IMG/VR virus record: IMGVR_UViG_3300010370_000087
Coordinates: 1-38,707 of that record
Reading direction: 5' to 3' (one strand)
Length of the DNA stretch: 38,707 nt
From: a virus
Lineage: Duplodnaviria; Caudoviricetes
Shown: one piece after another, positions 6,221-16,700 of the stretch
Position numbering within the stretch: the stretch's first letter is position 1
Layout: each line of letters opens with the position of its first letter
Made by a program: the position numbers and the translations under genes
The notes under the pieces: generated by a model
Databases searched by the model: none
What the model was told of the DNA's origin: nothing
What the model saw: only the letters and a program-made list of their open reading frames with translations

Positions 6221-7153
6221 ATGCCAACATTAAATTCTATAGGTTTAACCAGCGAATCAACAGTTCAAACAGATCCTCTGCCAATATTTTCTGAAGAAAG
6301 AGAAGCAATAGTAGCCTCTAAGGTCGCTGCTGACATAGATTCATATACCAATACTAGCCAATCTGATCTAGATATATTGGCCAAATACCAAACAAGTGAA
6401 ATAGTTGATCTTACAGATCCTAATAATACTCAGTCTGAAAGATTTATTAAGTCTACTTTAAATTTAGAAAGATCAGTACCTGGAATAAATTTCGGGGCAG
6501 AAAAGTCAGGTCCTCCTACACTATCTACTCAGACAATAGATAGAAAAGGCAATAAATTAGGCAGAGACTTAAGGGTTAAGATTTTAGTTCCACCTAAATA
6601 TCTAGATAATTCGAGAACAGATATTCTTCAACCTTTTCAAGGAATAGTTTTTCCGTATACTCCTACAATAAGTTATGAAGTTAAAGCAGATTATGGTACA
6701 ACAAATGTTATGCACAATAACTTTGCTGTGAGTTTTTATCAAAGAAGCAGTATTTCTTCTATTGTTATTAATGGTAAGTTTTCTGTTAACAATGAAAATG
6801 ATGCTTTGATCTATATAGGTACAATGGTTCTTTTACGTGCTATTTCAAGAATGAGATCTGGAGGTGCTAAAGGAGGAGATGTAGATAGCGGAGCCCCACC
6901 ACCTGTTTGTAGATTATTTGGTTATGGCGACGATCAACTCAGTAATGTACCTGTTGTGCTTAATAATTATAGAATTGAAATGCCCGATTCTGTAGATTTT
7001 TTCACTGTAAAGTATGATGATAAAGTTACTAGCGTTCCAGTATTATCGACAATAGCACTAACCTTGCTGCCAATGTATAGTAGAAATGAAATGCAACAAT
7101 TTAGTGTTAATAATTATCTGAATGGTAATTTTTCAGGTAAAGGATATATCTAA
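6221..7153 (+). CDS. Baseplate / tail-tube initiator-like protein (gp48/gp54-type position)
   Basis: IVFPYTPTI...GAPPPVCRLFGYG...NVPVV pattern of tube-fold baseplate proteins; first gene of the tube-initiator, LysM, hub, spike, gp25, gp6 order. Confidence 0.6.
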   Translation: MPTLNSIGLTSESTVQTDPLPIFSEEREAIVASKVAADIDSYTNTSQSDLDILAKYQTSEIVDLTDPNNTQSERFIKSTLNLERSVPGINFGAEKSGPPTLSTQTIDRKGNKLGRDLRVKILVPPKYLDNSRTDILQPFQGIVFPYTPTISYEVKADYGTTNVMHNNFAVSFYQRSSISSIVINGKFSVNNENDALIYIGTMVLLRAISRMRSGGAKGGDVDSGAPPPVCRLFGYGDDQLSNVPVVLNNYRIEMPDSVDFFTVKYDDKVTSVPVLSTIALTLLPMYSRNEMQQFSVNNYLNGNFSGKGYI

Positions 7154-7452
7154 TGGCCACATATAATCCTTATAGTCCTTACTATAAAACTCAACAAACT
7201 AATGATTATCTAGATATTCTTAATTTTAGAAATATACCTAGTCAAAACGATGATGTATTATTTGAAATTACATCTACCTATGAAAATAGACCGGATCTAT
7301 TGGCCTATGATTTGTATAAAGATATTAGATTATGGTGGGTCTTTGCTGTTAGAAATAAGGAAACTTTAAAAGATCCTATTTTTGATATGAAACCTGGAAC
7401 TAAAATTTATCTACCTAAGTTATCTTCTATTAAGAAAGTATTAGGAAATTAA
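7153..7452 (+). CDS. gp53: Baseplate wedge LysM-like protein (T4 gp53 / P2 gpX-like)
   Basis: YENRPDLLAYDLY...LWWVFAVRN...PGTKIYLP; position in the operon. Confidence 0.8.
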   Translation: MATYNPYSPYYKTQQTNDYLDILNFRNIPSQNDDVLFEITSTYENRPDLLAYDLYKDIRLWWVFAVRNKETLKDPIFDMKPGTKIYLPKLSSIKKVLGN

Positions 7453-7453
7453 C

Positions 7454-10400
7454 ATGGAATATTCAGGATACGAATCTGCGTTTGTCCCTACTGAGCCATC
7501 GGCGTCTGAAAATGTAGAAAGAAAAACTCAAAAAGCAGATAATCCTACTAACACTAATGAATCAAAAAAAGATGCCGATCAAAAGCAGATATACGAATTT
7601 AGTGGACAAAAAAATGTTTTGAATTTTTTTAGAAGTTATACGTACCATTTCACCTTAGCAGCATTAAACAAAGATCAAGCAAACAATCCATCTAATTATA
7701 GAGATAGCGAATTAGATTTGGTTATTTTAAAATCTGGGGGCAAGGGTCAAGAAGGCATATCTAGTAAAAATGTCAAGTCTGATATAGAGGTTCTTGATGC
7801 TAGAGACGCAAAAGTAAAAGCATCCAGAGAGCAGAAAGATAATCAAAATACAGCAGATCTAATTGGGGGATTCAACGAACGAAGCCCTGGCAAATTTGAT
7901 CTGTTTATTGATAATGTAGAAATAGAAACTATAATGGCTTTTAACGCACAGGGGGGTACAACTCAACCTGTACAGTTTAGATTTGAAGTAATTGAACCAT
8001 ACAGTATAAATGGTTTCATAGAAGCATTACATACATCTGCAGTTGCGGCAGGTTATCCTAGTTATGCTTCATGCAGTTTTTTATTAAAAATAGAGTTTTG
8101 GGGTTATCCAGATGATGATGTTTTAGAATTTAAAGATCCTATAAAAGTTCCTAAAGCAGAAAGATATTTTGTATTCACGTTTACTGGTTTAGAAGTTGAG
8201 GTAACCGAGCGAGGAACGAAGTATTCTTGTAGTGCTATTCCTTTCGCTGATAAGGCCTACGGACAAGCAGGCAGGTTGAAAAAATCTATTAAGATGACAG
8301 GAAAAAATGTAAGAGAAATTCTAAGAGATTTAATGAAAGCCTTAAACAAACAGGAGGCGTTTTCGGAAGAAAAATCAAAGGGAACTGGGTCAGAGTATGA
8401 TTCTTACTCTATTCAATTTTTAAAATTATCTGGAGGAGCATGGGTAGATGATTCAGAAGGCGCTATAGCAAGTAGTAAATTGGTTGAGATTGGTAAAGAT
8501 AATAGTTTATATGCAATGATTGATCCTGCGGAATCACCTAAACCTAATGCCTATCAAGTAGACGCAGTTCAAAAACCCTTGCCTGAACGTAGATCAACTA
8601 AGCCAGAAACTATTCAATATAGACCTGAAACTACTGTTATTCAATTCCCTGAAAATTCTAATCTTCATGATATAATTGCTGCCGTAATTAGAGACAGCGA
8701 ATACACAAGAGATTTAATCAAAGAGTTACCTATTGACTCAAATGGTATGATTGATTATTTCATTGTAAGGATAGAAGTAAAAAATAAACCTACCATAAAT
8801 CCTGATACAAAAAAACCTTATCAAGAATTTACCTATATCGTCACTCCTTATAAGGTACATTATACCAATATTCCAAATTTTGAAAGTCAAAATGTTGACG
8901 AAAAGAAATTAAAAAAAACAACCTTGAGAGAATATAATTATATCTACACTGGACTTAATGTAGATGTTAGAAACTTTAGGTTAAATTTTAATAATTTATA
9001 TTTTGAAGCCATTCCTGCAGATTTAGGTAATAAGGAAACACCTGGCGGAAAAACTGCCGCAAGACAAGGCGAGTCAGTAGAAATTAAGACAAATCCATCA
9101 TCCCCGGGAAGTCCTAAGCAACAAATACCTAGTCCTGCTAAACGAACAGATCCAACAGCCACAGCAGTTAAACCACCTAGCGGGTACAATGCAGGATTAC
9201 CATTAAATGATCCCTACAGTGTGTTAGCAAGAAGCATGCACGAAAAAATTATCAACAGTGTTAGTTTATTAACAGGTGAACTTGATATTATAGGTGATCC
9301 TTATTATCTTGTAACAGGAGGTATTGGAAATTATAATCCAGGTGTAGCAAACGGACAAACTACAGACGGTGAAGCCGCTCATAATGCCGGGCAGGTTAAT
9401 ATCAGTATAAATTTTAGAAATCCTATTGATATTAACAGTTTTGAACAAGGCGGTATGATGAGGTTTGATGCAAACCGAGTGCCGTTTAGCGGTGTGTACA
9501 TGGTTAAAAGTGTGAAAAGTACTTTTAAGGATGGTTTATTCTTACAAAAATTAGATATTATAAGAATTCCTGGACAGATTATTGATATTGATCTAGAACC
9601 TAGTGATCCTAAAGATGTGTTGGCTACAAATCGTAATCCATCAGACGGTATTAAGGCAGATACTTCAGAGGCAGTACCTTTAAGCCAACGAGCAGATGAT
9701 AACAGTGTGCTTGAAATTTTAAACAGAGGTTTACCTAGTTCAGGTGTACCTGGGGAAGGAGTTAATTTTGTTGATGCCCCCGGAGGCTTAGGCGGCGATT
9801 CATCTACATTGAAAAACCAAACATTTGGATCATTTAACAGAGCGTCTTCTGTTTTTTCTGGAGCAGGGCAAGTGGGATTGCCATTGCCTAATGATATTGC
9901 TGCTAATATTAGATTGACATTAAGTGGTTTATCTGATTTAAGCAAGGTGAATTTTGAAAATTCTTCTAAAGTAACAGAAACTATAAAAACTCTAGCATAC
10001 GGGTATAATATGTTTGATACAAAGTCTCTTCAAAAAAGTCTTACTAGTTCTGTTTTAGAAGCAGCAGGTAAAGTTTTATCTCCAGGTTCTGGAATAGGAG
10101 AAGGTGCATCTTACGATTTATCATCCGCTGATAGTCTTGTTCAAAACAATATTTCATTTACTTCTAGACTATCAAACATTTCTAACAGTAATATAAGTAA
10201 TGCCTCTATATTGGATAATTCAGCAGGAATATTGAATAATGCTACGGATAAGATTGCAGGATTGTTAGGATCAATATCTGATCCTCGTGCTGTTGCATCA
10301 AGAGCAGGAATAGATCCTAATTTATTATCTGGGTTAGGGCAGGGGTTACTAAGTAAATCTGTAAATCAACTTGAGTCTTTTAGTGATTTACCTGAAAATG

Positions 10401-10897
10401 TAAATTTAACACAATCTAGGTTTGAAGGTCTAATATTGAATAATATGTCACCTAGCAAATTGAAAAATATACCTGCGACGCAGCCTTATGTTCAAGCCCC
10501 TCCCCCTGATAACGATCCAGAATTCCTTAATTATGTAGCATCCACAGGTGGGGAAAATTCTCTTGCTAGATCATTTGGAGTTAATAATATTAAGAATATT
10601 CCTGGACATTTAGTTGATAGAGATTATCTTTCTGATGCTCTTGCAAATGTTCCTACGGGACAACGAAATCCTTTAAGTAATATAAATGCTTATACTAATT
10701 CTGTTGATATTAATGCTTACACTGATAGAGTACAAAGTTCAAACAGTCAAATAAACCCCTTAACTAGAACTAGATCTGTACCAGACCAATATATCTCCGG
10801 GTCAGTTACCGATAGTCTAGGAAGTTTATCTGCCGGTAAGAATCCGTTGAACAAATTAATCAATAAAAAGAATTTACAAAACCCTAAACTAGGTTAA
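7454..10897 (+). CDS. Baseplate hub protein (gp27 / late control D-like) with a long low-complexity C-terminal extension
   Basis: Sits between gp53 and gp5; hub-like C-proximal segment ELDIIGDPYY...SGVYMVKSVKSTFKDGLFLQKLD. Confidence 0.65.
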   Translation: MEYSGYESAFVPTEPSASENVERKTQKADNPTNTNESKKDADQKQIYEFSGQKNVLNFFRSYTYHFTLAALNKDQANNPSNYRDSELDLVILKSGGKGQEGISSKNVKSDIEVLDARDAKVKASREQKDNQNTADLIGGFNERSPGKFDLFIDNVEIETIMAFNAQGGTTQPVQFRFEVIEPYSINGFIEALHTSAVAAGYPSYASCSFLLKIEFWGYPDDDVLEFKDPIKVPKAERYFVFTFTGLEVEVTERGTKYSCSAIPFADKAYGQAGRLKKSIKMTGKNVREILRDLMKALNKQEAFSEEKSKGTGSEYDSYSIQFLKLSGGAWVDDSEGAIASSKLVEIGKDNSLYAMIDPAESPKPNAYQVDAVQKPLPERRSTKPETIQYRPETTVIQFPENSNLHDIIAAVIRDSEYTRDLIKELPIDSNGMIDYFIVRIEVKNKPTINPDTKKPYQEFTYIVTPYKVHYTNIPNFESQNVDEKKLKKTTLREYNYIYTGLNVDVRNFRLNFNNLYFEAIPADLGNKETPGGKTAARQGESVEIKTNPSSPGSPKQQIPSPAKRTDPTATAVKPPSGYNAGLPLNDPYSVLARSMHEKIINSVSLLTGELDIIGDPYYLVTGGIGNYNPGVANGQTTDGEAAHNAGQVNISINFRNPIDINSFEQGGMMRFDANRVPFSGVYMVKSVKSTFKDGLFLQKLDIIRIPGQIIDIDLEPSDPKDVLATNRNPSDGIKADTSEAVPLSQRADDNSVLEILNRGLPSSGVPGEGVNFVDAPGGLGGDSSTLKNQTFGSFNRASSVFSGAGQVGLPLPNDIAANIRLTLSGLSDLSKVNFENSSKVTETIKTLAYGYNMFDTKSLQKSLTSSVLEAAGKVLSPGSGIGEGASYDLSSADSLVQNNISFTSRLSNISNSNISNASILDNSAGILNNATDKIAGLLGSISDPRAVASRAGIDPNLLSGLGQGLLSKSVNQLESFSDLPENVNLTQSRFEGLILNNMSPSKLKNIPATQPYVQAPPPDNDPEFLNYVASTGGENSLARSFGVNNIKNIPGHLVDRDYLSDALANVPTGQRNPLSNINAYTNSVDINAYTDRVQSSNSQINPLTRTRSVPDQYISGSVTDSLGSLSAGKNPLNKLINKKNLQNPKLG

Positions 10898-10901
10898 AAG
10901 A

Positions 10902-13232
10902 ATGACATCTAATTTTGAACAAAGAAGACGCAATCCGCCGGCCTCATCCGGTCCCTATATCGCAGAAATAACTAGTCATTTGGATCCTATCTATATGGGA
11001 AGACTGGAAGTTAGTTTAATTAAAAATTTACCAAATAGGATTAAAGAACAGTCTGAAACATATATAGCAAATTATTGTAGTCCATTTATGGGGTCAACTG
11101 ATATTAGATTTGAAGGAAACAATTCTAGTAATTTTAACGATGTTCAAAAAAGTTATGGTTTTTGGATGGTACCTCCTGATGTAGGAACAAGAGTTCTAGT
11201 TTTATTCATAGACGGAGATCCTAATCAATGCTATTGGTTTGGATGTATTCAAGATCCTTTTCAGAATCATATGATACCCGGAATAGCCGCTAGTAGGGAA
11301 GCAGCATTAACAGCAGAACAAAGGAGAAAATACGGAGTTGATTATGTTCCTGTCGCTGAGGTACATAAAACAAGTATTAAAGAAGGAGCCACTCCTATGG
11401 GTAAGCCTAAGCCTGTACATCCCTTCGCTGATAGGCTTATGAATCAGGGCTTGCTGAAAGACACAGTTAGGGGAGTTACAAATTCTAGCGCAAGAAGAGA
11501 AGTACCAAGTCATGTTTTTGGGATATCAACACCTGGACCTATAGATGCTAGCCCGAGTGGAAAACGAGGAAAAATCGGATATGGAGACGGAACTCCTGCT
11601 CCTGTAAGTAGACTAGGGGGTAGTTCGTTTGTAATGGATGATGGTGACATAAGTGGACAGAATGAATTAATGAGATTGAGAACTAGGACCGGCCACCAAC
11701 TGCTGCTTCATAATAGTCAGGATTTAATTTACATAGGTAACAGTAGAGGAACTACTTGGATAGAATTTACAAGTAATGGAAAAATAGATATTTTTTCGCA
11801 GGATAGTATTAGTATCCATTCAGAACAAGATTTTAATTTTAGAGCAGATAGAGATATTAACTTTGAAGCAGGGAGAAATATACATATTCGATCTGGAAAG
11901 AATATGGAAACGAATATAGGAGGTTACTACTATCTTACAGTAGATGATAAAAGCAAAATCTCCGTAGGGGGAACACAAGATTATTCTGTAGCGGAAACTG
12001 CTAAATTTACTGTAGGAAGTGATTATGAAATGCTGTTAGGTAAAAATTTTGTAGTCAGTGCTAACGGCGGTCTAGATCTAAGCGGTGAAACTCATATAAA
12101 ACTAGGTAGCGCTGGTAATTTATCTATGGGTACGAATGCTAAAATTATAGTTACTGGAAATAGAGTAGATATAAATGGTCCTATCGCACCTGCTCCTGCA
12201 ACAGCAAGTCAAGCAGAAGTTCCGCCTGACCTGCCTCTTTTTACCTTGCCTAACAGAAAGAAAAAAGAAGGATGGGAAGATTCGAGATTTTATAAAGCAG
12301 ATGATCTTAAGAGTATAATGCAACGTGTTCCTACACATGAGCCTTATGATCAGCATGAAAATATTAACCCACAGCAATTCACGCCAGAAGCCACAGACGT
12401 TACTTTGGCAGATAGGTCGAAAACTGGAGTAGCACCTAATTCTGCTACTAAAGAAGGAGGAGCAAGTGAACCTCAGCAGTCTGCTAACCAGCCAGAAGTA
12501 ACTCCGGGAACATGTAAACCAGAGTTCGCTAAGGACATTAATAATAGTTCAGCACAAGCCGGTATTGCTGCTATAAAGGCAGCATGTAGTAAATTAGGGT
12601 TAACTAGTCCATATGCGGTCGCTGCTTTGTTAGGTATAGCAGGTGGCGAATGTCAATGGAAATTAGTTGAAGAAAGTTTCAAATATAGTGCTCCTAGATT
12701 ATTACAGGTATTTCCTAGTGTATTCAAAGGAGATCAAGCATTGGCACAACAATACGCATCAAATCCTAGCCAACTTCCGGAATTTCTTTACGGGTCAAAT
12801 ACTGCTAAAGGTAAAGGCTTAGGTAATACACAGTCAGGTGATGGGGCTAAGTTTATAGGTAGAGGATATATTCAACTCACAGGAAGATCTAATTATACTA
12901 GATATAGTCAACTACTTTACGATAAGAGATTGGCATCTACTCCTACAAGTTTAGTGGATAATCCTGCTTTGTTAAACACCCCAGAGATTGCTGCTCAAGT
13001 AAGTGCTCTTTATATGTTAGATAGATGTAAGGTTTCTCAAACAGATCCTGGATATTTTGAAGCAGCATGTAAGGCTGTTGGCTTTAATACTCCTGACATT
13101 AAGGCTAGAAAGAAAGGATACTATGAATGTTTCTTGGCCCAATTACAGGGTACAAATCTTAGTAGTGGTACAGGAGGAATTGTTACTGATTCTTCTGGCA
13201 ATCCTATAAGAACAGGTTCAGCAGGTCCATAA
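10902..13232 (+). CDS. gp5: Baseplate central spike (gp5/VgrG-like) with C-terminal GH19 lysozyme/chitinase-fold domain
   Basis: OB-fold motif WMVPPDVGTRVLVLFIDGD, RTRTGHQ, beta-helix-like repeats, then GEC...LGN...GDGAKFIGRGYIQLTGRSNY (GH19 signature). Confidence 0.85.
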   Translation: MTSNFEQRRRNPPASSGPYIAEITSHLDPIYMGRLEVSLIKNLPNRIKEQSETYIANYCSPFMGSTDIRFEGNNSSNFNDVQKSYGFWMVPPDVGTRVLVLFIDGDPNQCYWFGCIQDPFQNHMIPGIAASREAALTAEQRRKYGVDYVPVAEVHKTSIKEGATPMGKPKPVHPFADRLMNQGLLKDTVRGVTNSSARREVPSHVFGISTPGPIDASPSGKRGKIGYGDGTPAPVSRLGGSSFVMDDGDISGQNELMRLRTRTGHQLLLHNSQDLIYIGNSRGTTWIEFTSNGKIDIFSQDSISIHSEQDFNFRADRDINFEAGRNIHIRSGKNMETNIGGYYYLTVDDKSKISVGGTQDYSVAETAKFTVGSDYEMLLGKNFVVSANGGLDLSGETHIKLGSAGNLSMGTNAKIIVTGNRVDINGPIAPAPATASQAEVPPDLPLFTLPNRKKKEGWEDSRFYKADDLKSIMQRVPTHEPYDQHENINPQQFTPEATDVTLADRSKTGVAPNSATKEGGASEPQQSANQPEVTPGTCKPEFAKDINNSSAQAGIAAIKAACSKLGLTSPYAVAALLGIAGGECQWKLVEESFKYSAPRLLQVFPSVFKGDQALAQQYASNPSQLPEFLYGSNTAKGKGLGNTQSGDGAKFIGRGYIQLTGRSNYTRYSQLLYDKRLASTPTSLVDNPALLNTPEIAAQVSALYMLDRCKVSQTDPGYFEAACKAVGFNTPDIKARKKGYYECFLAQLQGTNLSSGTGGIVTDSSGNPIRTGSAGP

Positions 13233-13235
13233 ATA
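13230..13235 (+). promoter_or_regulatory. Late promoter core TAAATA overlapping the gp5 stop codon
   Basis: caTAAATAtactATG; only 4 nt between the hexamer and the gp25 start. Confidence 0.5.
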
Positions 13236-13239
13236 TACT

Positions 13240-13677
13240 ATGCCTTTCAAAAATTTAGAATTAAGTTCAACAGGTTATACTGTTCAACGCGAAACAGTTA
13301 AAGACCATACCTATAAAGGTTTTAGCACTATAGATCCCTATAATAGTGCCAGTAAATTATATGATTTTAATTTAATCAAACAAAATATCATTAATCATTT
13401 TAATACACGCAAGGGCGAACGTGTTATGAATCCCACATTTGGTACAATAATATGGGATTTAATTATGGAACCGTTGACACCGCAGGTTAATGATTTGCTT
13501 ACGAATGATATCAAAGAAATCTGTAATTTTGACCCAAGAGTAACACCCCTTGAAATTAAAATAACAGAATACGACCAAGGATACCTAGTAGAAATATCTT
13601 TATTAATGAAAAGTACAAACGAAACTTCTACTTTGAGACTGGCTTTTGATCAAAAAATAGGACTAAGGGTACAATAA
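13240..13677 (+). CDS. gp25: Baseplate wedge subunit (gp25 / GPW family)
   Basis: LYDFNLIKQNIINHFNTRKGERVMNPTFGTIIWDLIMEP...FDPRV. Confidence 0.92.
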   Translation: MPFKNLELSSTGYTVQRETVKDHTYKGFSTIDPYNSASKLYDFNLIKQNIINHFNTRKGERVMNPTFGTIIWDLIMEPLTPQVNDLLTNDIKEICNFDPRVTPLEIKITEYDQGYLVEISLLMKSTNETSTLRLAFDQKIGLRVQ

Positions 13678-13698
13678 TATACAGCGTTTATTAACAAA

Positions 13699-13704
13699 TA
13701 AATA
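13699..13704 (+). promoter_or_regulatory. Late promoter core TAAATA upstream of gp6
   Basis: aaaTAAATAta in the 48-nt intergenic gap, 21 nt before ATG 13726. Confidence 0.6.
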
Positions 13705-13725
13705 TATTCTACTATAGATAAAAAC

Positions 13726-16700
13726 ATGATTCCTTCAACTACCAGCAAATTATTAGTCAGTGAAGATTGGAAAAAACTCTATCAATCGTTTAGAAATGCC
13801 GACTTTAAAAGTTATGATTTCGAAACATTGAGAAGAACAATGATTCAGTACCTTCAGGAAAATTTTCCTGAAGATTTCAATGATTATATTGAGTCTAGCG
13901 AATATATTGCTCTTATTGATTTAATTGCTTTTATAGGTCAAAATTTAAGTTTTAGAATTGATCTAAATGCCAGAGAAAATTTTCTAGAAACAGCAGAACG
14001 CAGAGATAGTATTCTAAGATTAGCGCAGTTGATAAGTTACTATCCTTCAAGGAATTTACCTGCTAATGGTCTTTTAAAAGTAGTATCAATATCTACCACT
14101 GATAATGTATTCGATTTAAATGGTGTAAATCTTGCAGAAACAACAATTAGTTGGAATGATTCTGTAAACCCAGATTGGTATCAACAATTTATTACCATAT
14201 TAAATTCTGCTACAACCTCTGTATTTGGAAAATCCAGTTCTAAGGGCACCATTGATGGAATTTTAACAGAACAATATCGTGTTAATAGCAGTAATATTGA
14301 TACTCCTATTTTCAATTTCAACAAGGCAATTAACGGAACCAATATGAGTTTTGAGGTAGTTCCTTGTTCATTTTCTGGAAAAGACTATATTTACGAAGAA
14401 GCACCTATTCCGGGTAATTCTTTTAGTTTTCTATATCGAAACGACAATCAAGGTACATCTAGTATCAATACAGGATTCTTCTGCCATTTTAGGCAAGGAA
14501 CTTTGAGTTTGAGCAGTTTTAACATAAACAACCCTGTACCTAATGAAATAATAGGTGTTAATACTCCTGACATAAACAATTCAGATGTGTGGTTATGGCA
14601 ATTAAACAAACAAGGGAATTTTGATACCTTGTGGACTAGGGTACCTGCCGTAACAGGTAATAATATTATCTACAATAGTTTACAAAAAAATCTTAAAACT
14701 ATATATTCTATTACTTCTAGGACTAGTGATCAAATTGATATAAATTTTGCAGACGGTGTCTTTGGAGATCTACCTAAAGGTCAGTTTAGATTATTTTATA
14801 GACAAAGTAACGGATTATCCTATGTCATCAAACCAGAACAGTTAAGTGGTATAGTAATTAGTATCCCCTATCTTAATAAGTCAGGTCAGCAAAATACTCT
14901 TCAAATGACTTTGAGTTTACAATATGCTGTAAACAATTCAAGTGGTGCAGAAACTAATAGCCAAATTCAATTTAGAGCCCCGCAAACCTACTATCTACAA
15001 AATAGAATGATTACAGGAGAGGATTATAATATCGCTCCGTTAAATGCCAGTTCTGATATATTAAAGGTTAAGAGTGTTAATAGGGTCTCTAGTGGTGTAA
15101 GTAAGTATTTTGACCTATCTGATGTTTCGGGTAGATATAGTAAAACAAATATTTTCGGCAATGACGGTGTAATATATAAAGAAGAAAGTGAATCAACCAG
15201 CCAGTTTGAATATGTAAGCAAAACACAGGTGTTTTCATATGTTAAAAACACATTGGCTGAAGTGGTTAATAGTCAACCACTTAGGGCATTTTACTTTGAT
15301 AAATTTTCTAAACCTAATTTAGAAAGTTTAAATCTTAGATGGAAAGAAGTCAATAAAACTCCGGGACAAAGTAGAGGATACTTTTACAACGAAAATGGTT
15401 CATTTCCTGTAGGATCTAACTATACTGACAACAATTTGAAATATGTTCAACCTGGATCTATAGTAAAATTTTTAGCACCTAATGGGAAATATTTTGATGA
15501 GAGTAATAATTTACAATTTATTGATTCATCAAAATTACAGACATTAGGGTTTGATATTTTAGATTTTGTTAATACAACAAAAGGATCATATAATTATGAT
15601 TCTTATTATATTAAGACCCTTAATATTCTTCCTTTATATACATCTAACAATGAATTCACTACTAACATAGGTATTAAGTATGGATTATATAGAGATCCAG
15701 ATTATGATGGTTTAGCCTATTGGGTCAAAGAAGCAATAAACAATGGTAAATCAATAGAGGACATTGATTTTAGAACAGGATTTTTTACAGCCGCTTTACA
15801 ATATGCTTCGGGCGATAGGGCAAATGTTAAACTTAAGCCTTATTTTACTGCCAGCGGTACACAGGCAACTAAAACTCCTTATCAATTAACTCAAATTACT
15901 AATTCAATTCCTATAGGCGGAAGATCCTATATATGGGCAACTGTTAGTCAAGTTATCGATAATGGAGCAGATGTTCTTATAGATGGTACAGGGCCTATAA
16001 TTTTTAATACAAGAATACCTAGCGATGCAGTTCCTGCTGAAGTTCTGCCTAAGTATCCTGACATTCTACCATATAGCATTGAAACAGAAATCGTTAATAC
16101 TTGTTCTCTATTTAAGAATTTTGGTCTTACACTGAATGAAGAAACAAGAGAATGGGACTTTATAACAAGTGCTAACTTAAACACAGTAGATGAATTCAGT
16201 TTAGGTTTTCAAAATTCACAAGGCAGTCAATCTTTAGATTCAAGTTGGTTAATATCATTTGTTTGGACAGGTATAAACTATCAAATAAGATATAGAATAC
16301 TTAATTACATTTTTGAAAGTGTTCAAGAAACTTCATTTTATGTAGACAAAACCACAAAGAATTATGACTATACTAATAATACTGTAGTTAAGGATAAAAT
16401 TAGTATTCTAAATATAAACACTACCCCAGACGCCAGTGCTTTCAATGCTAAAACCCTTGGTACCAGTAATGAATGGCAAATAGATGATGTTGTGATTGAA
16501 GAGGATGGTTTTATTAAACCAAATCGAGTTAAGGTAAGTTTACTTAACTTTAACAATCAAGGAATATTTTCTAATCCTAATAGTTTTCAAGAAATTGTCG
16601 GGGATTTTTATGTATTTTTTAAGAGGACTGATGACGGTTTGACTTATAATATTACTGACACTGATATTACAATATTAGACAGTGAAGATTATTTTACAGA

